Source: Methylotenera sp.
GTDB taxonomy: Bacteria > Pseudomonadota > Gammaproteobacteria > Burkholderiales > Methylophilaceae
Reading direction: 5' to 3'
DNA: 51,442 nt
Assembly (NCBI GenBank): GCA_046594825.1
Contig: JBKJRF010000193.1
Coordinates: 1 to 51,442 of the forward strand
This document shows, one piece after another, positions 39,932-49,080 of the stretch. How positions within the stretch are numbered: the first letter of the stretch is position 1; each line of letters opens with the position of its first letter. Made by a program: the position numbers and the translations under genes. The notes beneath the pieces were generated by a model. The model saw only the letters and a program-made list of their open reading frames with translations. It made no database searches and was not told where the DNA came from.

Positions 39932-41014
39932 ATGCGTAAAAAAGTATTAATAGTGGGCGGCGGTATTGTCGGCTGCATGACCGCTATGGAGTTGGTGAAA
40001 CGTGGCTGTAGTGTGACCATTGTAGAACGCAATCAGATTGCCAGCCAAACGTCGGGAGAGTCTTCTTGGGCAGGTGGTGGTATTTTGTTACCTTTGCTGC
40101 CTTGGATGTATTCAGACCAAGTGAATGCACTTACCAATAATGGTGCTAATACCTATCGTCAGCTTAGCCAGCAATTGCAACTAGAAACAGGCATTGATGC
40201 TAACTTTGAGCAATCGGGTTTTTTAATCTTACCAAAGTTTGATATTGAAGCAGCCCACGCTTGGTGTTCGCGTAACCAAATGCCTCTTCAGCCAGTTAAA
40301 GCATCAGCCTTCGGTGTGCAATCGCTTAACGGCGAAGATGCACTTTGGCTGCCTACCGTATGCCAGATACGCCCGCCATATCTAATGCAAGCAATGCGTA
40401 AATGGTTAGAGCAAAACAACGTCACGATGCTAGAGCATACTGAGCTCATTCCGCTCAAACAAACACCAACCTTGAACGAGTGGGAAACTGTAAACGGCGA
40501 AAAACTGACTGCAGACCAATTTGTGGTCACGTCAGGCGCATGGAGCTTTGAGTTATTAAAAGAAACTAGTGCAAAACTCAATATCAAACCTATGCGTGGG
40601 CAGATATTGCTCTATAAACCGCAAAAGAATCTTGAGCAAATTGTGTATAAGGAAGGCTTTTACATGATACCGCGCCGTGATGGCTACTTGCTGGCCGGCA
40701 GCACGTTGGAGGATGTAGGGTTTGATACCGCGATTACGCAAGCAGTGCGAGATGAAATCAGTGCCAAAGCCGAGGCGATTATGCCTAAGCTTAAAGGCAT
40801 GCCCATTATCAAGCATTGGAGCGGTTTGCGGCCTGGCACACCAGATAACTTGCCTACCATCAGTGCACATCCAAGTATTGAAAACCTATACCTGAACACA
40901 GGTCATTTTAGATATGGTTTGACCATGGCGCCAGCTAGTGCAAAATTAGTGACGGCATTGATGTTAGGTGGAATGCCGCAAATCGATGCTGCACCTTATT
41001 CTTGTGCAGGTTAA
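39932..41014 (+). CDS. thiO: Glycine oxidase ThiO / D-amino-acid oxidase family
   Basis: GGGIVG, SSWAGGGIL, PMRGQI, WSGLRPGTP and GHFRYGLTMAPASA. Confidence 0.75.
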   Translation: MRKKVLIVGGGIVGCMTAMELVKRGCSVTIVERNQIASQTSGESSWAGGGILLPLLPWMYSDQVNALTNNGANTYRQLSQQLQLETGIDANFEQSGFLILPKFDIEAAHAWCSRNQMPLQPVKASAFGVQSLNGEDALWLPTVCQIRPPYLMQAMRKWLEQNNVTMLEHTELIPLKQTPTLNEWETVNGEKLTADQFVVTSGAWSFELLKETSAKLNIKPMRGQILLYKPQKNLEQIVYKEGFYMIPRRDGYLLAGSTLEDVGFDTAITQAVRDEISAKAEAIMPKLKGMPIIKHWSGLRPGTPDNLPTISAHPSIENLYLNTGHFRYGLTMAPASAKLVTALMLGGMPQIDAAPYSCAG

Positions 41015-41032
41015 TAGTGGTAAATTGGTTTT

Positions 41033-41114
41033 GTAGGGCGTTAATTAAGCGAATTGCATTACGCTGAAAGTGAGTGTTCATACGGCGCAATGCTTTTCAG
41101 TTTTTGCGCCCTAG
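41033..41114. repeat. Degenerate GTAG-family REP doublet (inverted pair)
   Basis: Left GTAGGGCGTTAATTAAGCGAATTGCATTACGCTG; reverse complement of right CTAGGGCGCAAAAACTGAAAAGCATTGCGCCG; extragenic, between convergent genes. Confidence 0.6.
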
Positions 41115-41232
41115 CGTGCTAATTGCAAGTATTAAAAAGTAGAGCAAGACGCTAATCAATAAAAATATCCTGGCCCCAACCCATTCCATTTTCCTCCGCT
41201 CCACTAAATTAGGCAGAGACCACAGTTTAACT

Positions 41233-41439
41233 TTATTTTCCAGAATCATCTGGCGCAGCTTCACTCGCCGCTGCCTTCATTTTTTCAGTATCAAGCGCAG
41301 CGGCATTGTTAATGTCGTTAGTCGCTTTATCAATAATCTGTTTCGGTATAGCACCCACTTCAGCCGATGCTTGTTTTTGTTTTTCGCAGGCGGCTAAAGC
41401 AGTCACAAGAACTGTGCAAACAAGTAATAATTTAAACAA
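41233..41439 (-). CDS. Small hypothetical lipoprotein
   Basis: TTG start with AGGAGA RBS; hydrophobic signal ending in the lipobox LAAC; 68 aa. Confidence 0.75.
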   Translation of the reverse strand: MFKLLLVCTVLVTALAACEKQKQASAEVGAIPKQIIDKATNDINNAAALDTEKMKAAASEAAPDDSGK

Positions 41440-41493
41440 TTTATTCTCCTAAAGTTAGTCAAATTGATACCGTAATTTCTGTTAAGAAAGTGG

Positions 41494-41997
41494 CTATTTT
41501 GCAACCCAATCACCCGATTTTCCGCCGTGTTTTTCTAATAGTTTTATATCACTAATCGTCATGCCTCTATCGGCGGCTTTACACATATCATAAATTGTGA
41601 GCAACCCCACGCTTACAGCTGTTAGAGCTTCCATCTCTACGCCCGTTTGTCCTGTAGTTTCAGTAGTGGCGGTGAGGGTAATAGTGGTATTTTTATCGTC
41701 AATTTCAAAAGTTACGGCTACTTTAGTGAGGCTGATAGGATGGCATAGTGGAATTAGGTCAGGCGTGCGTTTTGATCCTTGAATCGCGGCAATGCGGGCG
41801 ATGCCTAGTACATCACCTTTTTTTGCATCACCATTTTTAATGAGCTGTAAGGTTGCTGGCTGCATACTAATGATGCCACTGGCAACCGCAATGCGTTTTG
41901 TGTGTGCTTTTTCACCAACATCGACCATGTGGGCTTGTCCACTACTATCAAAGTGGGTGAGTGTTGTTGAGGTTGGATTCTTTGAGGTTGGATTCAT
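41494..41997 (-). CDS. moaC: Cyclic pyranopterin monophosphate synthase
   Basis: [35 protein letters not shown] and KHGGKSG. Confidence 0.98.
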   Translation of the reverse strand: MNPTSKNPTSTTLTHFDSSGQAHMVDVGEKAHTKRIAVASGIISMQPATLQLIKNGDAKKGDVLGIARIAAIQGSKRTPDLIPLCHPISLTKVAVTFEIDDKNTTITLTATTETTGQTGVEMEALTAVSVGLLTIYDMCKAADRGMTISDIKLLEKHGGKSGDWVAK

Positions 41998-42087
41998 AGT
42001 ATAAATAACTGCTTAAGTGAAAATGTTGTAATGTTTTGATACATTTTTTTCATGAACTGAATCTATAGAACCATTATCATATCAATA

Positions 42088-43620
42088 ATGAAGTTAAAAA
42101 CTATTTTAATCGCTGTTTTGTTAGCTACAAATATTGCTTTTGCCGGCTCTGGTTCAGATTCAACGCGTGGGGTTACCTCAACGCGGGAAGCAACTTTGAC
42201 GGGAGTGCCGTATTTAAACACGAACTTACCTAACCAAAGCTCAGATACCAATTTACCTGAATTAGGCGACGTATCGCAAACCGTGCTTAGCCCGCTTGAT
42301 GAACAGCGCATTGGTGAGCAAATTTTGCGCGATGTGGCGGTGAGCGATGAGGTGGTGCAAGATTCTGAAGTAACAGATTATTTGCAGGTTTTAGGCGCAA
42401 GATTAGTGGCAAGCGGCCCTGATAAACATCAAAAATTCAATTTTTTTGTAGTGCAGGATAATTCAATAAACGCTTTTGCAATGCCTGGTGGCGTGATTGG
42501 TGTGCATACAGGGCTGATTTTAGCGGCGAATAGTGAATCTGAGCTTGCTAGTGTGCTCGGCCATGAAATCGGCCATGTGACACAGCACCATTTGGCGCGT
42601 ATGCTGGCATCGCAAAAGTACGATACTTTTAAGAATATTGCCGGTATTGCGCTGGCATTATTAGTGGCGCGGGCGAACCCAGAACTTGCAAGCGGTGCAC
42701 TGACCACTGCGACTGCGGTGGGGGTGCAAAACCAGCTTGACTATACTCGTGAGCATGAACGTGAGGCTGACCGAATTGGTCTGCAAATATTAGATAGTGC
42801 TGGTTTTGATGTGCGTGCCATGCCTGCGTTTTTTACTACTTTGCAACGTGGTACACGCTTTGCTGAAGGTAATGCGCCTGGCTTTTTACGTACTCATCCG
42901 CTCACCAGTGAGCGTATTGCGGATGTGGCGAACCGCGTAGCAAGGATGCCGTATAAACAAGTGCCAGATAGCGTTGAGTTTCAATATGTGCGTGCAAAAT
43001 TGCTTGCTAGCTATGGCGCGGTTCAAACAGATATTGATGTATTTGGGCAAAATATTCGTGAACATCGCTATGTTAACGAAGCGGCTGAACACTATGGTTT
43101 AGCGGTGGCATTGTTGCGTAAAAATGATCTAGTCAAAGCTGAGCAAGAAGTCGCATGGCTTAAAAAGAATGCACCACCACACTCCATGATAGAAAATCTG
43201 AGTGCGCACGTAGCAGTTGCAAAAAATAATCCGCAACTCGCTGCTAAGCAATATGCGGCTGCGTTGAAGCTGTTTCCTGATAGTCGTGCACTTATTTACG
43301 GCTATGCCGAGCATTTTTTGGCGATTAAACAAGCGGATAGTGCAGTAAAGCTGGTGAAGGAAAAACAGCCGTTGTATCCTGATGATGCGTACTTATATGA
43401 ACTGATGGCAAAAGCTTATGCGATGCAAAACAAGCAATTACTTAGCTACCAAGCGCAAGGCGAAGCGTATTATAGAAAATATGATTTAGTGAAATCGGTA
43501 GATCAGATGGAGCTGGCAGCTAGGGCGAATGATGGTGATTTTTACCAAAAATCAATTGTCGAGGCACGCTTAAAGGAATTGCGCCGAATGTTAGATGATG
43601 AGAAGAAAGCGAAGCTTTAG
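42088..43620 (+). CDS. bepA: Periplasmic M48 metalloprotease with TPR repeats (BepA/YfgC-like)
   Basis: Signal peptide, LPELGD, INAFAMPGG, HEIGH (HExxH), EREADRIG, FLRTHP and a TPR-like C-terminus. Confidence 0.88.
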   Translation: MKLKTILIAVLLATNIAFAGSGSDSTRGVTSTREATLTGVPYLNTNLPNQSSDTNLPELGDVSQTVLSPLDEQRIGEQILRDVAVSDEVVQDSEVTDYLQVLGARLVASGPDKHQKFNFFVVQDNSINAFAMPGGVIGVHTGLILAANSESELASVLGHEIGHVTQHHLARMLASQKYDTFKNIAGIALALLVARANPELASGALTTATAVGVQNQLDYTREHEREADRIGLQILDSAGFDVRAMPAFFTTLQRGTRFAEGNAPGFLRTHPLTSERIADVANRVARMPYKQVPDSVEFQYVRAKLLASYGAVQTDIDVFGQNIREHRYVNEAAEHYGLAVALLRKNDLVKAEQEVAWLKKNAPPHSMIENLSAHVAVAKNNPQLAAKQYAAALKLFPDSRALIYGYAEHFLAIKQADSAVKLVKEKQPLYPDDAYLYELMAKAYAMQNKQLLSYQAQGEAYYRKYDLVKSVDQMELAARANDGDFYQKSIVEARLKELRRMLDDEKKAKL

Positions 43621-43639
43621 TAAACCTAAGGAATAAACA

Positions 43640-44074
43640 ATGCAACGCAGAAATTTTGTACTGAGTTTATTAAGCCTGATTGTGCTAGTGCCAATCAAAG
43701 CCTTGGCAGCCTTTTGGAATAAGGCTGCATTTGAAACGGTTAAAATTAACGAAGCGACTAAAAGCCTAGCTATTAACAATGAAATATCTAGCACTGCGAT
43801 TGAAATTATTGCGCCGGACCGTGCAGAAAATGGCGCAATTGTGCAAGTTGAAATTAAAAGTAATATCGCCAATACAGAATCAATCACAATTTTAGTTGAG
43901 CATAATCCTACGCCGTTAATAGCTACATTTATGTTCAGTAATGGTGCTGAGCCATACGTAATTACACGCATCAAGATGGCTGAAACTTCTGATATTAAAG
44001 TAGTTGTAAAAGCGGGCGACCAATATTTTAGCAACACTAAAAACGTGGTAGTGCTTGAAAATGGCTGTAGTTAA
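43640..44074 (+). CDS. soxY: SoxY-like carrier protein with an atypical C-terminal arm
   Basis: Twin-arginine signal (QRRNFV), APDRAENGAIV, NPTPL and TRIKMAETS; ends VVVLENGCS; AAGGA RBS. Confidence 0.85.
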   Translation: MQRRNFVLSLLSLIVLVPIKALAAFWNKAAFETVKINEATKSLAINNEISSTAIEIIAPDRAENGAIVQVEIKSNIANTESITILVEHNPTPLIATFMFSNGAEPYVITRIKMAETSDIKVVVKAGDQYFSNTKNVVVLENGCS

Positions 44075-44088
44075 AGGAGAGTTTTGCG

Positions 44089-44406
44089 ATGACTGATAAC
44101 ATGAAAATGCGCGCTCAACTCAAGGGCGAGATTGTAGAAGTAAAAGTGCTGATGAGTCATCCAATGGAAACTGGGCACAAAAAAGATGACTTTGGTCAGC
44201 TGATTCCAGCACACTTTGTGCAATTAGTGACTGCTACATTAAATGGCAAGCCCGTATTAGAGGCGCAGTGGGGCACTGGAATCTCTAAAAATCCTTACCT
44301 GACGTTTCGGCTAAAAGGCGCAAAAGTGGGCGATATTGTCGCGGTGACCTGGCATGATAATGTTGGTGAAACTGCAACGCAGGATATAGCTGTTACGCAG
44401 GTCTGA
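44089..44406 (+). CDS. soxZ: SoxZ carrier-complex protein
   Basis: VKVLMSHPMETG, IPAHFV, ISKNPYLTF and WHDNVG; no signal peptide; AAGGAG RBS 14 nt after soxY. Confidence 0.9.
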   Translation: MTDNMKMRAQLKGEIVEVKVLMSHPMETGHKKDDFGQLIPAHFVQLVTATLNGKPVLEAQWGTGISKNPYLTFRLKGAKVGDIVAVTWHDNVGETATQDIAVTQV

Positions 44407-44416
44407 TATCCATTGC

Positions 44417-45529
44417 TTACGGAATCACAGTAGTAAACAAATACACCGCAAAAATTACCAAAAGTATCACACCTTGTAAGATGTTAGTGCGACCCGTAAC
44501 CAGTGACAAAGCACTAACGAACAATGCTAAAAGTAGTAACACCGTGGACTTCATGTCTATGCCTAGCACCAGCGTCCAACCTGTAATGAGCGATAAAATT
44601 ACGACTGCTGGAATAGTCAGGCCAATACTGGCTAGCGCAGACCCAAGTGCTAAATTGATGCTGGTTTGAAACAGATTTTTGCGTGCAGCTCGAACGGCGG
44701 CTAAACCTTCAGGCAGTAATACAATGCTGGCGATAATCACACCTACAAGCTGATTTGGCGCACCCATTGAAATCACCAGTGCTTCAATGGTCGGTGCAAG
44801 TGATTTGGCGAGTAGCACTACGGCTACTAGGCAAACTAATAATAATGCCGCACTAATGTAGGCGACTTTGCTATTTGTTGCTGGCGATAATATGGCTGTA
44901 ACTTGCGAGGCATCAGCTAAATCTTCGTCGCTATCTTGAGCGTCCAAAAAGTAGTTTCTGTGGCGAATGACCTGTACAAATACAAAAGTACCGTACAGCA
45001 CCAGTGAAACGATTGCGATAAAAGCCAGCTGACTGCCGCTATACATGGGTCCAACAGTCGTAAGCGTGTAGTTTGGTAATATTAGGGTTAGCACTACGAT
45101 AGCTGCCAGGGTAGTGAGTGCGGCATTAGCACCATGCAATTTAAAAGTTTGTTCTTTATATAGCACACCGCCTATCAGCAAGCATAAGCCTACGATGCCA
45201 GATACGATAATCATTACCGCCGCAAACACGGTATCGCGTGCAAGTGCCGCTGTTTCAGGCCCACCAGTTAGCATTAACGACAAAATTAGCGCTACTTCAA
45301 TCACAGTAATTGCTACTGCTAACAATAACGTACCAAAAGGCTCACCTAATTTATGTGCCACTACTTCTGCGTGATGCACTGCAGCTAGCACTGCACTAAT
45401 AAGACCCCCTGCCATAAGCATTGAATAAGCGGCAGTTTGATTAAAGCCTAATTGCGTTCCTGCAAGAATTAACCAAGCAACTATTGGTGCGATAATTGGC
45501 CAGCTAGAAAGCTTGAGTACATTTTTCAT
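44417..45529 (-). CDS. chaA: Ca2+/H+ antiporter (CaCA family, ChaA-like)
   Basis: HHAEVVAHKLGEPFGTL, ITVIEVALI, LARDTVFA, LLPE and NLALGSALASIGLTIP; acidic central loop. Confidence 0.85.
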   Translation of the reverse strand: MKNVLKLSSWPIIAPIVAWLILAGTQLGFNQTAAYSMLMAGGLISAVLAAVHHAEVVAHKLGEPFGTLLLAVAITVIEVALILSLMLTGGPETAALARDTVFAAVMIIVSGIVGLCLLIGGVLYKEQTFKLHGANAALTTLAAIVVLTLILPNYTLTTVGPMYSGSQLAFIAIVSLVLYGTFVFVQVIRHRNYFLDAQDSDEDLADASQVTAILSPATNSKVAYISAALLLVCLVAVVLLAKSLAPTIEALVISMGAPNQLVGVIIASIVLLPEGLAAVRAARKNLFQTSINLALGSALASIGLTIPAVVILSLITGWTLVLGIDMKSTVLLLLALFVSALSLVTGRTNILQGVILLVIFAVYLFTTVIP

Positions 45530-45573
45530 TTCAAGGCTTTAAGGTTATTTTTTAATGTCATATTAAGTTGTCA

Positions 45574-47196
45574 TTATCCTTGTACGATACTTAATGCAAC
45601 TGCTTCAGCCACCCTGATGCCATCCACGCCTGCAGATAATATCCCACCTGCATAACCAGCACCTTCACCAGTTGGGTATAACCCTTTTGTATTGATGCTT
45701 TGTAAGTCAATGTCATTACGTTTAATGCGGATGGGCGATGAGGTACGTGTTTCAACTCCAGTCAGTATGCCATCAGCCAAGTCAAAACCTTTTATCTGTT
45801 TGGCGAATTGTGGAATCGCTTCTCGAATTGCTGTAATGGCAAAGTCGGGTAGGGCGGTATCTAGGTTAGTAAGATGTACGCCAGGTGTATAAGAAGGCGT
45901 GACCTCACCAAATGCTGTAGAAGGCTGGTTGGCTAAAAAGTCGCCTATCAATTGTCCTGGCGCCTTGTAATTGCTGCCCCCTAATACATACGCTTGGCTT
46001 TCCCATTTACGCTGCAATTCCATACCTGCCAGCGGGTGGTCTGGAAAATCGACTTCTGGTGTGATGCCCACCACAATACCTGCGTTTGCATTGCGTTCGT
46101 TACGTGAATATTGGCTCATGCCATTAGTCACCACACGCCCTTCTTCAGACGCCGCTGCCACCACCGTTCCGCCCGGACACATACAAAAGCTATATACACT
46201 GCGGCCATTGCTGGCGTGGTGCACCAGCTTATAATCAGCTGCACCTAGAATAGGATGCTGGGCGTTTGGGCCATGGCGCGCTTGGTCTATTAGTGATTGC
46301 GGGTGTTCGATTCTGAAACCAATGGAAAAAGGTTTAGCCTCTATATAGATACCTTTTTTGTGAATCATCTCAAAAGTATCACGTGCGCTGTGACCAACCG
46401 CCAATACCACGTGGCTAGTCTCAATACGCTCACCATTTGCTAACACGACGGCTTTTACCTCATTTTGACCATTAGGACTATTTGCAATTTCAATATCATC
46501 GACCTTACTTTGAAAGCGAATTTCGCCACCCAGTGACTCTATAGTTTTACGCATTTCTTCAACCATACCGACTAATCTGAATGTACCGATATGCGGATGA
46601 CTGACGTATAAAATTTCAGCTGGCGCACCAGCCTTGACAAACTCTTGTAACACTTTGCGACCGTAGTGTTTAGGATCTTTAATTTGGCTATAAAGCTTAC
46701 CGTCAGAAAAGGTGCCCGCGCCGCCTTCACCAAATTGCACGTTAGATTCAGGATGCAGCTTAGATTTTCGCCACAGATCCCAAGTATCTTTGGTGCGTTC
46801 ACGTACGGCTTTACCACGTTCTAATACCAGTGGTTTAAAGCCAGATTGTGCCAAAATCAAAGCGGCAAATAGTCCCGCAGGCCCCAGGCCCACAACAATG
46901 GGTCTGAGCTTTAAGTCTGGTTGTGCTTGTGCTACAAACTTGTATGAAGCATCAGGTGCGATTTTTACATGAGGGTCTTTTTTTAATTTAACTAATACTT
47001 TCGCCTCGCCCTTAACTGTGACATCCAAAGAATATACCAACAAAATTGCATTGGCTTTACGTGCGTCTACACCACGTTTGAAAATAGTAAATTCAACTAA
47101 ATCTGCCGCGTTAATGGCTAGTTTTTTAATCAAGGCAGCATTGATTTCGCTAGGTTGATGATCAAGCGGTAGTTTGATTTCGGTAACACGTAACAT
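45574..47196 (-). CDS. Uncharacterised NAD(P)/FAD-dependent oxidoreductase
   Basis: GLGPAGLFAA, FGEGGAGTFSDGKL, SFCMCPGG, GVETRTSSP and GEGAGYAGGILSA. Confidence 0.9.
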   Translation of the reverse strand: MLRVTEIKLPLDHQPSEINAALIKKLAINAADLVEFTIFKRGVDARKANAILLVYSLDVTVKGEAKVLVKLKKDPHVKIAPDASYKFVAQAQPDLKLRPIVVGLGPAGLFAALILAQSGFKPLVLERGKAVRERTKDTWDLWRKSKLHPESNVQFGEGGAGTFSDGKLYSQIKDPKHYGRKVLQEFVKAGAPAEILYVSHPHIGTFRLVGMVEEMRKTIESLGGEIRFQSKVDDIEIANSPNGQNEVKAVVLANGERIETSHVVLAVGHSARDTFEMIHKKGIYIEAKPFSIGFRIEHPQSLIDQARHGPNAQHPILGAADYKLVHHASNGRSVYSFCMCPGGTVVAAASEEGRVVTNGMSQYSRNERNANAGIVVGITPEVDFPDHPLAGMELQRKWESQAYVLGGSNYKAPGQLIGDFLANQPSTAFGEVTPSYTPGVHLTNLDTALPDFAITAIREAIPQFAKQIKGFDLADGILTGVETRTSSPIRIKRNDIDLQSINTKGLYPTGEGAGYAGGILSAGVDGIRVAEAVALSIVQG

Positions 47197-47257
47197 AAGG
47201 TTGGGTAACTTTTTAAAATAACGGTAGATTTTGAAGAGGGCTCTTTAAAATAGACGC

Positions 47258-47863
47258 TTATAAACTGAGTGGAAATTGCAGTAAATGCCGCAACATAGGT
47301 ACGGTAACGGGTTTTTTAGTAGTGAGTGACCACTCATCCAGCGCATCTAAAGTGGACATTAGTGTAGATAAATCGCGTTTTAAATAACGCAGGCAATAAT
47401 CGACGACCTCACTGGGTAAGCGCATACCGCGTTCGGCTGCATGGTTGTTTAATGCTAAAGCTTTTTCAGCATCATTGAGTGGTTGTAGCTGATATACCAG
47501 TCCCCACGCCAAGCGAGTGGCTAAATCATCACGCAAACCCATTTGGCTTGGCGCATGTAGGCCTGCCGTGATCAATATCCCACCAGCTTCTTTCAACTGA
47601 TTGTAGGTATTGAATAAGTCTATTTGTGCTTCAGCATTTAATAAATGCACATCGTCTACAACATAAGCGTTGCGTGCTTTACAGGCTTGCAATAGATGAC
47701 TTTTACCACTACCCACTTCACCCCAAAGGTAAATAAAGCTTGATTGTGCAGTGTGTGAAAAAACATCATTCAAGCTGGTAAGCCCTTCGGCGTTGCGTCC
47801 CAGCACAAAATTGTGCAAAGTGGGCGGTGCCGCCGGTTTAATATCGAGTAATAGTTGTTTCAT
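47258..47863 (-). CDS. hda: DnaA regulatory inactivator Hda
   Basis: N-terminal clamp-binding QLLL, GEVGSGKSHL, VVDD and DLATRLAWG; hda-AI-2E-purM context. Confidence 0.92.
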   Translation of the reverse strand: MKQLLLDIKPAAPPTLHNFVLGRNAEGLTSLNDVFSHTAQSSFIYLWGEVGSGKSHLLQACKARNAYVVDDVHLLNAEAQIDLFNTYNQLKEAGGILITAGLHAPSQMGLRDDLATRLAWGLVYQLQPLNDAEKALALNNHAAERGMRLPSEVVDYCLRYLKRDLSTLMSTLDALDEWSLTTKKPVTVPMLRHLLQFPLSL

Positions 47864-47885
47864 ACGTTGAGTAAATTAGATTTAT

Positions 47886-48980
47886 CTATTTAAGATAAGT
47901 ATCGCTGTGCAGATAGTTGTTTCTAGTATGACGCAAACCTACTGCCAAGGCAGCGCTAACAGGCAACGCGAGTAAAATGCCTGTAAAGCCGAATAATTGC
48001 CCACCTGCTAGCAAAGCAAAAATTACTATCACTGGATGTAAGCCTATGCGGTTGCCCACTAATTGCGGTGTAAGCACATAACTCTCTAGTAATTGACCCA
48101 AGCCAAATACAATTGCTACTGGCACCGCTTGGCCAATACTAGTAAATTGCAAAGCCGCTACAATTAGTGCCAGTACAACTCCAAAAGCAAATCCTAAATA
48201 TGGCACAAAGCCTAGCAACCCTGCAATTAAGCCTATTGGTAGTGCCATATCTAGCCCTGCTAGCCATAAGCCGGCGGCATAAAAAACGCTCATGGCAAGC
48301 ATTACAGTGAGTTGGCCACGTAAAAAGCCAGCCAGGACATCATCAACTTCTTTTGCCATATTAGTGGTTTTTTCATACCATTCCAGCGGCACTAATTCAC
48401 CAATTTTTGCCACTAAAATATCCCAATCGCGCAGTAAATAAAATAGCACTACTGGCAATAGTAAAATGTTGGCAATAACACCAATTAGTGCCATGCCGTG
48501 ATTTCCTGCCATCACCAGCACATTACCTAGAATATCGCCCGCAGTTTTCCAGTTTTTAGTAATGATTTGCTGAATTTGTGTGCCATCAATTGCAAAGCTA
48601 ATGCCAAATTTAGCTTGTAGCCAAGGTTCTATCGTATTGCGAATATTGCCGATGACTATAGGTAGCCGCTCTGCAATCAAAAAAGATTCTTTCTGCAACA
48701 GAGGTACTAAAATCAAAAACAGTAAGGTAATACCACCAAAAATAGCGACCATCACTAGTACGGTTGCTAATGTACGCCCTATAACAAACTTGCCTCGGCC
48801 CATTTCACTAAGTTTGTCTACCAGTGGGTCGCAGATGTAAGCCAAAATGGCGGCAACTAAAAAAGGCGTGAGTACAGGTAGCAGCAAATATAGTAAAAAG
48901 CCAATAATTGCGATGAATATCAACCAGCGATTATTAGATAAAAGATTTTTTGGTGCTGATTTTTTGGGTTCAGTCGTCAT
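47886..48980 (-). CDS. AI-2E family transporter
   Basis: LTPFLVAAILAY, FYLLRDW, GFLRGQ, FVPYLG and GLHPV. Confidence 0.92.
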   Translation of the reverse strand: MTTEPKKSAPKNLLSNNRWLIFIAIIGFLLYLLLPVLTPFLVAAILAYICDPLVDKLSEMGRGKFVIGRTLATVLVMVAIFGGITLLFLILVPLLQKESFLIAERLPIVIGNIRNTIEPWLQAKFGISFAIDGTQIQQIITKNWKTAGDILGNVLVMAGNHGMALIGVIANILLLPVVLFYLLRDWDILVAKIGELVPLEWYEKTTNMAKEVDDVLAGFLRGQLTVMLAMSVFYAAGLWLAGLDMALPIGLIAGLLGFVPYLGFAFGVVLALIVAALQFTSIGQAVPVAIVFGLGQLLESYVLTPQLVGNRIGLHPVIVIFALLAGGQLFGFTGILLALPVSAALAVGLRHTRNNYLHSDTYLK

Positions 48981-49080
48981 ATAGGTTAAAATTATACTTA
49001 ATATATTGATTAACTTCTTAAAACCATTTATTAAACCTTAAATTTACTATTAAGACATTTTTTATAAAGAGAGCTCCGTT

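Noticed and set aside
47228-47251. Hairpin ATTTTGAAGAG-GG-CTCTTTAAAAT between hda and the flavoprotein gene as a terminator
   Set aside because: AT-rich weak stem with no U-tract on the coding (minus) strand; function cannot be supported.
47258-47863. Short Hda (201 aa) as a pseudogene
   Set aside because: The reading frame is intact with clamp motif, Walker A/B and the Arg-finger region; compact Hda forms are plausible in Betaproteobacteria.
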